From a virus, in the IMG/VR virus record IMGVR_UViG_3300020416_000002: a DNA stretch of 64,000 nucleotides; one strand, 5' to 3'. Under the pieces are notes generated by a model. It searched no databases, had not been told where the DNA came from, and saw only the letters and a program-made list of their open reading frames with translations. Within the stretch, counting starts at the first letter, position 1; each line of letters opens with the position of its first letter. Below are positions 11,501-23,500 of the stretch, piece after piece. The position numbers and the translations under genes were made by a program.

Positions 11501-12927
11501 GCAGATACATTGATATCTGTAGAGGTAAAATTATCATTTAATTCTAAGTCAGTATATGTTTGTACATCAAATAAGAATAAATCAAACTCTGTAGAATTAT
11601 CTTCATACTTAGCATCTACTAAACCAAAATTATAAACCTTTGCCTCACCAACTTTTACGGTATTGTTACCAGAAGTTTGACGCTGTAAGTCAATTGTATT
11701 TCTAAATGTAGTGATACCAGCAACAGCATTAACAGTTAATTGATTTCCTAGTTTAAATGCAAAAGTCTCATCTATAAATTCTGATGTAGTTCTTGGTTTT
11801 AATACATCAATAGTTTCTCCTAAAGTATTCCACTCATATCCTTGCACATACGCTTTACCTGCAGAAACTTTAACACATGCTAGTGGTTCTGTAGGAGTGT
11901 TACCTTCTCTGGTAACCTCATTTGCATAGTAAATACCGTCATTTCCTCTTCTATTGTTTAAACTCTCTTTTACATCAACAAAGAAAGGTTGAAGAGTGTA
12001 ATCTCCAGATTCATCTGCAGTTCTTTTAGCAATATAATCTCTAATTAAACTATATTGTGTATCTTTATTAACAGATGCTTCTACTTTACCTGCTCTAATA
12101 CGAAGAATCTCAATAAAATCAGTGTCATTATAATCATGAACACTCTTTTTAGTTAAGATAAGTTGAATTTTTAATCTGTCTGCACCTGGTGCGGAGAAAT
12201 TAGAAAATCCTTTTGCATTATCATATAAATCTGGATCATCTTTTGCGTTAACAGCAGTCTCAACTACTTGTAAACCAACTCTAGCAAAAGGTCCGTTAGA
12301 ATATTGCTCTAAAATAATTGTTTGTTGATTGACTCTAACAAAATTTCCTCTTACAAAATATACACCACTAGAAACACTTGCTGAGGAACCTATATTTGTT
12401 GCGTTTATAGAAATTGTAGATGCAAATGTAGAACCTGCATTTAATGTTGTATTACCGTATTGTACTGACTCTTCTAATAATAGTAATTCTGAGTCTTGGA
12501 AGAATGAGAAATCTCCACTAGGACCGCATTGTTGATACTTAACATAGATTGTTGGATGTCCCTCATCAGATACAGCAGCAGTAACACAGTTAATAATTCT
12601 AGCAGTAATAAGAGATGTTTGACCCTTAATTTTTGTACCAATAAGATTTTTTAAATATACCTCAATATCTGTTCCTAAATGTGTTGGATCTAATTTTACT
12701 GCAAAATATTGATCATCAAAAGTTACACCACCAGGCACAACAACAGAACCTTCTTTAAAAATATGACTACCAAATACCTCAACCTGATTCTGCATGATAG
12801 ATTGCAGAGTCGTAAGTTCGCGAGCCTGAACAGGGAATCCTGGTTTAAACAGAACTCTATGGTAATTATCTGATCTGTCAAAGTCGTCGTAATAGGGACT
12901 TATGTTCAGGTTAGTCTGTTGTGGCAT
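5563..12927 (-). CDS. Large virion structural protein (VrlC-like / DUF4815 type)
   Basis: 2454 aa; N-terminus MPQQTNLNISPYYDDF..RVLFKPGFPVQARELT, RRYTMRDIG..LE and DPLAQSF motifs; adjacent to gp8. Confidence 0.85.
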   Translation of the reverse strand: MPQQTNLNISPYYDDFDRSDNYHRVLFKPGFPVQARELTTLQSIMQNQVEVFGSHIFKEGSVVVPGGVTFDDQYFAVKLDPTHLGTDIEVYLKNLIGTKIKGQTSLITARIINCVTAAVSDEGHPTIYVKYQQCGPSGDFSFFQDSELLLLEESVQYGNTTLNAGSTFASTISINATNIGSSASVSSGVYFVRGNFVRVNQQTIILEQYSNGPFARVGLQVVETAVNAKDDPDLYDNAKGFSNFSAPGADRLKIQLILTKKSVHDYNDTDFIEILRIRAGKVEASVNKDTQYSLIRDYIAKRTADESGDYTLQPFFVDVKESLNNRRGNDGIYYANEVTREGNTPTEPLACVKVSAGKAYVQGYEWNTLGETIDVLKPRTTSEFIDETFAFKLGNQLTVNAVAGITTFRNTIDLQRQTSGNNTVKVGEAKVYNFGLVDAKYEDNSTEFDLFLFDVQTYTDLELNDNFTSTDINVSAYIQGNESGATAYAVSGAGSSTLTVTQTSGSFQPGERIIVNGRPQNLSRTVEKVQAYSMNDVTRLAQSGNSFTAYKALNGTVPFGFTASDIVRITSGGVITCAGRTFERFRPGDIIIYNKEGATLPSRNVVNEVASDGGSITVVAMGSGVSNLFDGTLPSGNIDVNFRVGVQDLTSEQKTGLYLPLPKRHIADLNFDGSEILLSEQVTGESTDGNGVLVVPISSVGIDDCSFVAFDQERYQVQYSNKSIAVIDRSQVEISANTLTINGLDFSQSNVTVNVTVAKTNIKNKVKNFKKSENINITFSNNIGSGVTSGQNINDGLISSQLYGTRVQDDKICLNYPDVNQVIAVYESLDTNAPVLDKLVFTSTDSIFTEALVGEDIIGADTNAVARIVAVDAGNSRIEVVFTTEDKFNLLETLNFQDSNAVAVLQAFVPGKYKDLTDQYLLDKGQKDQYYDYSSIVRTRGAYVPTKQLYVVFDRYDVPSTDTGDFFTVNSYDVERYSKDIPRIGKGLIRATDTLDFRPRVPVFTPASASFSPYYIGSRVFADQPRRIATPNESSNFGYKNYYGRIDKLVLKTSGALYIEQGTPANNPKPPADCPTGMTLATIVMPPYLYDVKDVKVYLIDNRRYTMRDIGRIEDRVESLERVTSLSLLEQKVQTLQVKDADGLDRFKSGFFADSFKSTDFVDDAAPIDVDITKGEVRPLRDLSSIDMQILPETSLPPEQLDLSQDFPLLDPNARKTGRMVTLDYEDDIMVQQNFATRVENLNPFFVHKFVGDLSLTPTSDNWINTEESQSLETQVIRRTSYDTRLTANTIDGGIGQDELQLSTNESQSVEADDIRSENTFIRSETFDPFIRSRNIQFDAVGLRPFARYFVFFDDQSNIDVIPKIIGIENVIGSFTVGETITALVNGETFRFRLCRPDHKEGPFASPTRSYEQNPLNRDETLPDSYSQGSTAINIDVAALAAQAQGDFFGYLPVGTTIAGETSGAQATISEIDLLTDAWGDLFGAVWIRDPNASPTPLARIRSGEREFKLTSSNTNASGLRGSSLISNASAIYTTIGTTRLIHTDVRVTTLETTTIRRDYGLTLINRRPPPPPPPPPPVIIDNTITINTETVIDNTVTVERVVNNEVIREVERQVIVPNPVPVPVPVPVPVPVWESQDDDPLAQSFVVDENGAYITAVEVFFATKDNDPTRAPFAQIREMELGIPKAEILTPDADVSIDPATIQTSTDASIPTRFTFPSPIYCEPGKPYALVVGAPANGYEIFTAEMGQTALNAQALPNAAGRVYSNQFLVGSLYKSQNGREWTPCQFEDMTFKIYRAKFTPTDAVVTFQNPPIRSNNGILKALRKNPITALPKKAAIGFTTSQNAGLIGTVFTQGRKVGDSTASYRYGFIDDKGGPAAGTVGIATNGLGYGTPLTQVRTFNITGEGTGLKLEVTVGAGNSTITAANILVAGNGYKVGDMVGIVTADMGGAGSGCRIGINSINGIDTLYLTGIQGDEFTNGANLNYFHEAGTVVDSGVDVYRYDATGSVYTGEYAKVSYFNHGMYGVGNRTVISGVEANTLPTTTTTIINSTSSNISVADSTGFDVFEGVLVSAANTAYAIIGNEIISYTSVGINTLSGIVRGINNSQSITHNSGSTIRKYEFGGVSLTKINATHDVEILGKKMDEFLIKIDREGRSTDISGIGVPQLSFSEEVSGGGIAAHASKNIQYDAVTPVYDITTPGGTDSATVNIRTVSGTSVDGNETSFTDLGFINVNVNEETKLDTTRIVASEVNELNRLDGLFRNRSLTTRIAMSNGGNFWSSPMLCLDTAKMSFTSNRINKPIDNYAIDPRANTIYGDLHTSYYMTKVINIKQPATSLKVIFDAYRPASADFRVLYSLIRTDSSEIDQVFELFPGFSNLADTDGDGFGDTLRLTLPGGDGTPDKFINPESNWNEYQYTANDLSPFTGFIIKIVMNGTNQAQVPIIKNVRGLALA

Positions 12928-12931
12928 CGGT

Positions 12932-14503
12932 TTAGAATTCTAATACGATTTTAATGTCTTCTTTTTGACGAACATTTCTTGTAATAGATGGTCTATTATC
13001 AAGATAGATGATCTCGCCACTCCTCTTATTTATCTCAGCGTTTGCAATTCCATTTGTAAACTGAACACCAAGATCCACAACCTTACCAGAAGGTGTTGTG
13101 GTAGAGATACCACTAAAGGTTTGATCTACATTCACACTAAATGCGGTGCTTGTAACAGCATCAGCAGTTGATTGGAATTCCAACACTGGTGCTTGAATAG
13201 CAACATTAGTGTTATCAGTATTATCAAATGTAGATTGATTAAATACAAGACTCTTGTCTTGGAAGTATTTAATCACCTTAGTGTCAATATCATATGATGC
13301 AACATATCCTCTGGCAGTACCTACTCCAGAAATATTTTGCGTAATCGCTGTACCAATTCCCAACACCTGTGAGGTATCTCCTGTAAACTTAAATGACTTA
13401 AGAGCAGAAAATTCAGATGTTTGTAAGAAATTAGTTCCTGCGGCACCAATCGCAGTCGGGTTTCTAATTAAACCAACTTGTGCAAAAATAGTATCACTAG
13501 CAAAATCATATGAGGAAGAATCAAACCTAGTATAGATAAGAACTTTATCAGTTCCTAATTCTTTGTACAGGTCAAATCCATGTCCTCTTGATGGTGGAAT
13601 GATGGGCGTGAGCCTAGCAAACTTTGTAGCACTACCATTAATAGAAGAAAGATCAACCCTGCCATAACTATAACCAAATCCTCCATTGGTAACTTGAGCG
13701 GAAATAATTTGCCCGTTAGTATTTGTTAAAATCCTAACTTTAGCACCTGTCCCGTCCCCAATTATATCAACTTCAATAGGACTTGACAAGAAGGCATAAC
13801 CAGCACCCGCTTCATCAATAGATACAACCTTAATTTGATTGTTATTGACATCAGAATCGCCATTGTTTCTAACAACGGTGATATCAGTATCTGTGCTAGT
13901 ACTCCAATCGTTAGGAACAGCAATATACTCAGTTGAGTCAAATTTAACAATATCAGCAGGAGGTACAGTGAAAAGATACTTCCACAAATACCCGTCACCA
14001 CTTACACCAGCAGCAGATGGTTCAAGGTCAGTAAATGTTGGTTCATCTAATGACGCACTAGCGACAGTAGAAATACCAGCAGCACCATTGTTGATACAAA
14101 TATAGACTCTATAGTCTTTATTCATAACATAATAGTTAGATGAATAAAGTCTACTTGAGTTTGAAACTAATGATCTTGAGGTACTACTATAGTCGTGACG
14201 ATACATGTCATAAGATGTACCCTTAGTCCAATTGATCTTATTGATCAATCTCCTAACATCACCAGGAAAGACCTTTCTACCAAACAACATAGTATCGTAT
14301 GTATGATTAGTATACTCAATGTTATCAACAGGTGATGGTGGTTGTACTGTGGTACTATTCCATGTATCCGTCCGACCAAACCCCGCATAGGTTGGATTTG
14401 CCAAACCTAGGAAGGCATAGTAAGAGTTATTCCCGCTAGTAACATCATCCATGAAGTTATTAGCGTTGATAATTCTAAATTGATCGGTTATAATTGCTGC
14501 CAT
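12932..14503 (-). CDS. gp8: Baseplate wedge subunit gp8
   Basis: YDMYRHDY, YRVYICINN and DGYLWKYLFT motifs; gp6-gp7-gp8 synteny. Confidence 0.9.
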   Translation of the reverse strand: MAAIITDQFRIINANNFMDDVTSGNNSYYAFLGLANPTYAGFGRTDTWNSTTVQPPSPVDNIEYTNHTYDTMLFGRKVFPGDVRRLINKINWTKGTSYDMYRHDYSSTSRSLVSNSSRLYSSNYYVMNKDYRVYICINNGAAGISTVASASLDEPTFTDLEPSAAGVSGDGYLWKYLFTVPPADIVKFDSTEYIAVPNDWSTSTDTDITVVRNNGDSDVNNNQIKVVSIDEAGAGYAFLSSPIEVDIIGDGTGAKVRILTNTNGQIISAQVTNGGFGYSYGRVDLSSINGSATKFARLTPIIPPSRGHGFDLYKELGTDKVLIYTRFDSSSYDFASDTIFAQVGLIRNPTAIGAAGTNFLQTSEFSALKSFKFTGDTSQVLGIGTAITQNISGVGTARGYVASYDIDTKVIKYFQDKSLVFNQSTFDNTDNTNVAIQAPVLEFQSTADAVTSTAFSVNVDQTFSGISTTTPSGKVVDLGVQFTNGIANAEINKRSGEIIYLDNRPSITRNVRQKEDIKIVLEF

Positions 14504-14537
14504 TGCAATTTATTCGTGAAAGGTCTTACTATTTTGG

Positions 14538-14545
14538 TATTTATA
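14538..14545 (-). promoter_or_regulatory. T4-type late promoter TATAAATA
   Basis: Exact consensus, ~35 nt upstream of the gp8 start. Confidence 0.7.
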
Positions 14546-17500
14546 AGGTTTTTCCAAGTGCTCCAGTATTACGAAGACCGATGTTAGTCCTCTTCGCTAT
14601 TGGCCACTCATCCAAATCAGAATTATAATTTAATCCTTTAGCAGTTATTGTTAGAGGATTTACAACATCTCTGGTCGCTGCACCAAAGCGTCCCCATGTG
14701 AATTTTGCTGCAGGGAATGCAGTTGATCCAACACCAACAATTCCAGTGACATCTGTGCCAGAATGAATATTGCAGGTTATGACACCTGTTCTAGCACTTC
14801 CATCCCAATGCAATCCATGGGCATAATATATGTTATCTAACTCAAAGGTACTAATACCAATTGGATCACTATCATGAGTATCAACACTAGTTATAACACC
14901 AGCAGCAGGAGAAATACCAGAATCAAATAATTTAAATGGATAACCTTGCTCAAATTCTTGAACATACGAGGCATTGTTAGCATTGACCAAAGCATTCATA
15001 TCTAACTGGAGTACAAGACCAAGGTCAGTACCAATACCAGCAGAGGTTGTAATACCTGTAATGAGACCAATGTAACCTTGTACATTTGCGTTTATAGGTT
15101 CAATATTATTCCAAAGTTCATAATTAACACCCGCTTGTGCAGTTGTGCCAACACCAACATTGTAGATAAACAAACCAAAGTCTGCATCTAGTTGCCCATC
15201 AAGATCTCTAAATCTCTCAGTATGATCAACAAATAACTCAGTATCAGTTGCGGCATATCCAGCAAGAATATTAGCAGTAGGAACAATTTGTGCCTCCAGT
15301 GTATCTCTTGCCTTAGATACTAAACCACCACCAAAAACTTTGTCCTCTTTTTGTTTGTTCCATCTAAATGGTTTGAAGTTATCATTATTAACACCAGAAC
15401 CTTGATAGAATGGAGTCTCAACAATAGATGCACTAGCGTAGTTAACTACAATTCTAGGTTCTGTTTGTTCAAAATTAGAAGCATCAACAGCAACTTGATT
15501 CAATTCAATCTCAGGACTCTTAAATAATTCAAGAGAATCACCGATCTTAATAATTTCATTAACATCAAAGAGAATACTATCATTACCAACTGTACCCCTG
15601 TAGAAGAATATAAAGACTTCATCCTCTACTGAAGGTGCAGTATCAAAACTAACTGATGTACCACCAGTAAATTCATAGTGTTTGCCAGGTTCCTGAAGAA
15701 TACCATTGACAAAAATCAGTAACACAGGAGCAAGATCAATTTCCTTAGAATCTGGATCGTTAGTATCAGTCTCAAAACTAATTAACTGATCTTGATAATA
15801 CAGAGGATATCTAAGTCTATTACCGTCTTGGAAAGGTCTGATATTATCAATGTAATCAATATTACCAAACTGCCAAGCAGCAACATCATCATTAAAGATG
15901 TTAACAACCTCGATCTCAAATGGTAAGAATAAATCACCAGCTTGAGGATCAGTAGATAAACCAGCGACAGTGAACTTATCACCTACTTTAAAACCATAAC
16001 CAAACTTAGTAAACTTCCAAATGTATACTTCACTCAACTCAAACTCTGGTGCTGTAGACATTCCTACAAAATTAGTTGATAACCCAATCACATCAACGGT
16101 AATTGAAGCACCAACACCTGTAAGTGTAGTGCTACCAATTCCTGTTCTAAATGTACCTTCAATGCCAAGATTTGAACCATTAGGATCAGCAACATCGAGA
16201 ATAGCATCGGAACTATAATTTGTGCCAGGTCCTGTGATGCTGTATATCAAAGTTCCACCAGCACCAACTGTTGCAGTGATAGTAGCACCAGTTCCTACAC
16301 CACTGTAATCATGAACACAAACCTCTAATACTCCAGAAAGTTGGTTATAACCAGAACCAAATGTTAAGTCATCTAAGAACTTAAATGCGTATGGTGATCC
16401 ACCACCAGTATATGTGTGAGGTATTGTGCTAGGACCTACATTTGTATTGAATACTGTTGGTGATATAACTTCAGTTATATCTGTAGATTGATCATAGTCA
16501 GGGAAGATGTTAGTTGTAACACCAACATAGTTAAGAGTTTGTACCGCATTAGGTGCTGCACTTACAAATGTGTGTGCTGATTGTGGTAAAGATTGAACTG
16601 CACTTGTAGCAGCAGAAACAAATGTGTGTGCAGATGTTCCAGTGCCACCAGTTCCTACATTAAGATCAATAGTCCCTGTTTGTTTTATTAACGCATTTGA
16701 TGCTACAGATAATAGTAAATGCTCACTTGCATCGAAGTGGGGGAAGATACCATTAGATGAACCTACATCAATAGAGAATGTATTGACTGTTGTACTTGCT
16801 ACTGCAACCCACTTATCTCTTATCCTGTCAGTTAATCTAGGATATGAGTGAGGAGTTGCGTGATTATCTTTACTACATGTAAATGTTAGAGAATCACCAG
16901 CAATTTGTATTCTATTACCAACCATAAGTCCGTGACTTGCGGAGGTTGCTGTCAATATACCTGCTGTAGGATCGTAAATTGCAGTAGATATATTTGCAGT
17001 CGCTGTTCCTACCGCAACAACTTCTAGAGAAGCACCTGATGCAGGGTCGGTAGCACGAGGATATGTCTTAACAGCAGTATTACCATCTTGAGCACATGTA
17101 AATGAGAATGAGTTGTCAGGTATTACAACACCCTTACCAACATACAGATCATGTGTTCCGATAGTTACAGTCATGATACCTGCATTAGGATCGTAGTCTG
17201 CATCTGTAGGATTCCAGAATACATTAGTACCTGCAGCACCTACATTGACTCTGAAAGTATTTGTGGTAACATTGGATATTGTTAAGTATTGATTATTTCC
17301 TGCAAGAGGGTCAGTTGGACGAGGATATGTCTTATTGCCTGTACCCATTGTACATGACATTGTTATTGAGTTTTCTCTGAAACTAATAGCATCGCCATTA
17401 GATAATCCATGATCAGGTAAAGTAACTGTTGTTATACCTGTTGCAGGGTTATATACAAAGTTTGTAGGTGTGCCTACATCATCTTTTGGACATGTAAAGT

Positions 17501-20500
17501 ATAGACCAACAAGTTTTACTTGATCATCAATAGTAAGTCCATGATTTGTTGCAGTTGTGACTTGTAATATACCAGTTGAATTATTATACGCAGCAGTGCT
17601 GATTTGGAATCCAGTTCCTGTTACAGTAGGAATACCGATAACATCTATAATATTACCGTTAGAATTTACTTGAGGAACTACTTTTGAACCTACAAATGGA
17701 GCATAACCTCTGCCTGGCGTAGAGGCAACAGACACAATAATTCCACCTCTAGGCAATTGGTTCTCATTTACATCATCTATGTCTATAATCGGATCCGTAA
17801 ATCCAAAGGAACTAATACCTGTAAACTGAACACTTGCAATACCTGCAGGTGATTCAAGAATTTTAAAGTTTGACTCAGGGTTATTCTCACTAAATGGTGC
17901 TTGGAAAATGTTGTTAATAAACAGAACACCGTTACCACCAGTTGTACCAATACCTGTAACAGCAGCACCAATAGATGTTAATGGGTATGTTGATTCTAAA
18001 CCATCAAAGGATACTGATAAATCGTCAAACAATTGGTTTTTAGAATAATCATTTCTTAGGAAAGTTCTACCACCAAATGTTGCTCTAGCAAATGGTAAAT
18101 TATTTGGATTAACAATACCAATGTCACCACCAAGAGGTGCTTGAGTAAAGTGAATCGTACTATCTAAGATCTGGAAAGACCCTCTAAAGACTCTAACAGT
18201 CTCACCAGCAGAGTGTGGGGTAGCAGCAGTACCAACTGCTCCTCTCTCCACCTCTACAAGCAAATTAGTACCTAAACCAATAACAGGTCCTATGGTAGTA
18301 GTACCGAATCCTACAGTTCTTACAATAGAATATTCATCTTCAATTTTAAGTAAATCTCCAGATTGAATAGAAGAAATACCACTCAATACAAATGCAGTAA
18401 CAAAACCACTAACAGGAACATCAAGATCATAATTGACAGATGTAAATGATATTGGTTTTTGAACAAGACCAGAGATAGAAATCATGGACTTAGAATCTCT
18501 CTTTCTCATAGAGAATCTATGTTGGTTACCAGCACCAGAACCAGGCACAAATGTTACAGCAATACCTGCTCTAGCATTGATTTCTGAAGTAGCAATTTGA
18601 TATTGATTATTATTATTCTTGATAGCAAACACTTCTTCAGGAAGACGAGCGGTACTACCAGCACCTGTATAATAAACTAATCCTGTACCAGCAACACCAA
18701 TAAGGTTAGAATCTGCAGTGTAAGTTAACTGCTCAAATGGCATAAAGAAATGCTTTTGATTAAATATACCAAATGCGTAATCAAGTTGAGAAGGATCGGC
18801 AATATTAGTCTCACGAGCGTAGATTGGAGTTCCTTTGTGAGTTAAGTCAAATGATTTAAGATCTCTATTGTTAATACCTAAGTATGTGTTTTGTGCAACA
18901 GATTCAAAGACTTGTCCGTAATTAAGTTCACCAATACCATCAAGAGTACCATTAGGGTCACTTTGTTTGTATAGAACTTCACTAAATGCAGTAACACTAA
19001 CGATACCAGCAACAGATGGATGGAACTCAATGTTTAGATCGCCATTTGGTCTATATGTAGAACCAAATGTACCAACACCAGTAGTGCTACCAATCGCTGC
19101 TATTGGATTTTCGGTAATAAATGATTGTCCTTTTTCTGGATCTGATAACAGATATAATGAGTGAATAGATTGGGTTGCTCCATATGCTACATGAACTGTT
19201 GTTCTAACACTAAGATCAGTAATACTTGTTATACCAACAATTGTAGAAATACCTGCTTTTGCTTGACTTGTAGTTTCTAATCTACCAGTTCTTTCTGTAC
19301 CATCAGGTGTAAATGGAATCTTAAATCTGTAATTAGTAGCACCAACAGTAGATGGATCAATTGCTGTAGTCTTAACTTTAACTTTAACAGATCTCTGTCT
19401 ATCATTAGCAAAGTTAAGTTTAAGAAGACCACCATCAATTTCGGAAGTAAATGTTCCAATAAACCTAGGGTTAGACAAACCACTAAGATTTTGCTTAGTG
19501 TTAAAGGCAGCTAATTCAGTTAGATAAGTGTCTGTTCCATCATGCATCAATGCATACTCTAGGTAATCAACTTGATTGCCTTCAACAGTATTTTCGCCAG
19601 GTGTATCAATAACAATTGCTTGAATTACGGCAGCTGTTGTAGATACTGTAGATACTCCAATAATATTAGTTGTAGAACTAACTCCTAATGTACTAGCAGC
19701 ACCAGCAAGAACAACACCACCATCTAAACGAACATGTCCAAAAGCAGTGCTACCAGTACCAACATCATCTGAGAAATTAGTTTGTAGTGATTTGACTTTA
19801 TAGTCAGTATCAAATGGTTCTGTTGGTCTAAAAATTAACCTTGTTTTTTGATTAGCATCATCATAAATTGTATCAAAATCACCATAGGATGTAGTGATGC
19901 CAACTTGATCAAAATTCTTAATTTGTACTTTTTGTAATAAGTAAGTGTTTCGATCAACAGTTAATGAAATAAATTCATTAAGTTGATAATGATTTTTAGC
20001 AGGATCTTCTGCTTCAAACACAGTTTGTGTAAGGAATCTTTGGAAAAATCTTCCTGCAGGATATTGAGCAACAACTCTGAAATCACTTAGATCATTAGAT
20101 TCATTGGATACAAATTGAGGTGAAATGTCATCAATTTGTAAAACTCTATTTGTTTTGTTTAAAATAAAGTCAGAAAGACGAGTATTCTTTAATTCTACAA
20201 ATTTAGATATATTGCCAACCGATAAGAAATCTCTAGCAAGATCAAAATATGCTATTGAATCAACTCTTAGAGGATCACCAATAAAATCAAGAACTAACCC
20301 ACCAGCGTCTTCTGCTGGTTTGTTAGTATCGCCAGGTTTACCCTCAACAAAAACTTCTGTATTTGCAAAGTTTTTAAGACCAGTTGGGTGAACAATGTCA
20401 TTAACATAGTTAACTAGATCTTCATATGTCTTAGGACTCTCAATTGCATAAGACATATTTTGATAATAATCATTATCAGGCAATACCTGATTAGTATCGT

Positions 20501-23500
20501 TAATAATACCAATATTGTCTCTCCATCCAACAATAGTTCTAACAGAAGAATCTAAATTAAAACTACCATCAAATTCAGTTATATCAATAACTCTTGCCTT
20601 AGAACCGCTCAATTTACCTGTTAATCTATCCCCAACATTTAATGGTTCTGCACCACTAAGAATAATCTTAGCACTATTCTTATCAATGAAGTCTAACTGA
20701 ATATCAGCGTTAGGTTTATCATTTTTTGTAAATGGTTCATTTGGAATAAAATCAGATAAAACTTTTACTGCCTCAAACTCTGCAAGGAAATCACTTTGTA
20801 CTAATTGACCAAATCCAAATGTAACTGTAGCACCAGTACCAGGATTGGTTGAAACCCCAGTTAAATCAAAGGTTACCTGCCTTGGGTTAACTGCATCATT
20901 ATAATCACTAACTGTAAATGGTACAAACTTATAATCTCCAGAATTGAATCCATCTCCATCATTATTAAATGAAATACCCTCAACAACAACAGAATCTCCA
21001 ATAGCAAAAGGTTCTGCAACATATCCTAAAACAGGAGTACTAATTCTGCAGGTCATTATGCCGCCTTGAGATTCAACACTCAATATGCTAATTCCGTTAC
21101 TGTTTCTTACGGGAGCAACACCAAATTCATTATTTGATAATCCAACAGGTTCAACTGAGACTTTAGCACTGATAACAGCAGAATCACTTAATTCACAAGT
21201 AATTAAACCACTATCTACGATCTCACCAGTTGCTTTATCGAATAAAACAAGAGATGGTGCATTAACATAGAATTTACCACCACTAATAACATTTACCTCG
21301 CCAATAGTACCGAAACTATCAATACTGACTAATCTAGGAATAAATGCATCTGGTTTAAGAGTATTGTCTGATGGATATCCATAAACATCATCTGGAACAT
21401 TCATTTGCTCCAATCTATTGATATTATCAGATTCTGGGATCAATGTTGCATTAATACCATTTCCAGCAATGCTAGAAATGCCAGGTAATTTAGCATATTC
21501 AAATCCACCACTTATAAGTCTAACTGTAGCAATACCACCAGTTGCATTAGGAGATGTTGTCTCATAAAATAATTTTTCACAATCATCTGCTTTATACTCT
21601 AAACTTTCTGGAATTCCCTTTAAATTAAAACTAAATTCTGTGCTTGCAACAGAAATTACTTTATGATTGCCATTATAGTTACTATTAACAAATTTAATCT
21701 CGTTAGCGTTCAATACTGTGCGATCATTAGTAGATAAACCACTAGGACCGAAAACATTGTAATAAAGTGTCTTAATATTGTCAGAATAATTTAATTTGAC
21801 TGTAGGATGCCCATCTGAGTCTGGATTAGTAGAAGCTATGCCAACTGTTGCTAAAGTGGTTACACCAACAACTTCAAATCCTTCACTACTTCCAGTTCCA
21901 ACAAATTCATTGAAGAAATTGCTATCATAGTAGAATTTAAGTTGGAATCCAGTAAGACTAGGATCACTTAAGTCAAATTTTACAGTATTATCTTTAAAAG
22001 GTCTAAGTTGCGGATTAATTGGGTTAACACTCCAAGAACCAATACCAACCGAAGTAATATCAACAACTGTTGGTGTTTTAGCAATCGCTTGTTTTAAAGT
22101 TTCCGATAATTGAATAGTATCTTGATCAACTTTGATAACATAGTACTCTCTTTGAGTAATACCGCCTGGTAAGTCATCACCGTAGTAATAAACTCTATCT
22201 CCAGTAATCAAACCATGACTTAGAGCGGTAATTCTATTAGTAACAGTGTTAATACCTGTGGTATCAACAGTTAAAGGATTAGCAATTAAATAATCATCAA
22301 TAATTCTTAAATCGACAAATGAGGTAGTTCCAATACCAGTTGTTAGACCAGGTTTGACAATAAGATCAATTGTATCTCCAGTTTCTAATTCATGAGCAGA
22401 AGATGTTTGAACTTTACCTTTAATTCTTTGAGTTCTACCAGTTAAGTTAGTATTTTGTTTTTCAAACAGATAATCATACGCATCACTACCACCACTGATA
22501 AAAACTAACTCTTTAGAGTCTTTGGTAGTTTTTACACCAATAACATTTTCATTTTTAGCAACAGCAAAGACTGTAGAGGGGAGAGAGAAAGTTCCTGCAA
22601 ATATTGAGGATGTTGCAACAGAAATTGCAGATCCACCAGTAGGCACAGAGAAAGATAATTGATCATTGGTTTTTAAACCATGATTTTCCAAGAAAATAGT
22701 TTGAGTCTTGACAGATCTAGTTTTAGTAACACCAAGATACTGATAACTCTTACTAACACTTTGTCCAACAGTTGTACCAAATCCAACAGTCTCAGTAGGG
22801 TTAAAGAATATTTTTCTATCAGGATCTGACTCAAATGCATCTGTTCTGATTGGAATGGTATACTCGTTAGGGAAATATGTAACTGCAATACCAGTTTGTT
22901 GAGTAGATCCTACACCAACAGATCTACGAATTCTAAGAACACTGTCATCTCTGAATATATTGAGAACTGCTGCTGTTTCCGAACCAATTCCAGCAGTAGT
23001 GCCAAATCCAACTGATGACCCTACAGATAGTGTACTAGGAATAGACTGAACTCTAATGTCAGTAACAACTCCAACAAAACCATCATCTAATAATTTTGTA
23101 GAAAACTCAACTACACTAATTTTATGACTATCATTAAGTTTATCGACTGCTGTTGATAAACCAGAAATAATTACATCATCTTCTAATTGTAATTCATGTA
23201 ATGGTTCAATTCTTCCAACAACTCTATCGGGATACCATTTAAATACGGTATTGTCATAAGTTAAGAACTCTGTTTGAATTTTATTGATATCTTTACCAGT
23301 TAACTTAGAAACAAAAGCACTTGCTCCAGTTCCACCAGTATCATCATTATTAAATTCTATATTTGATCCGATACTGTAACCAATGCCAGGTTGTCCAACA
23401 GAAACGCTAGTAAGATTACCACGATTTAACTTAGAAGGTAAAGCAACCTGTGATACAAAATTATAAGGTTGATATACAAAATCATATGATGCTCCATCCC

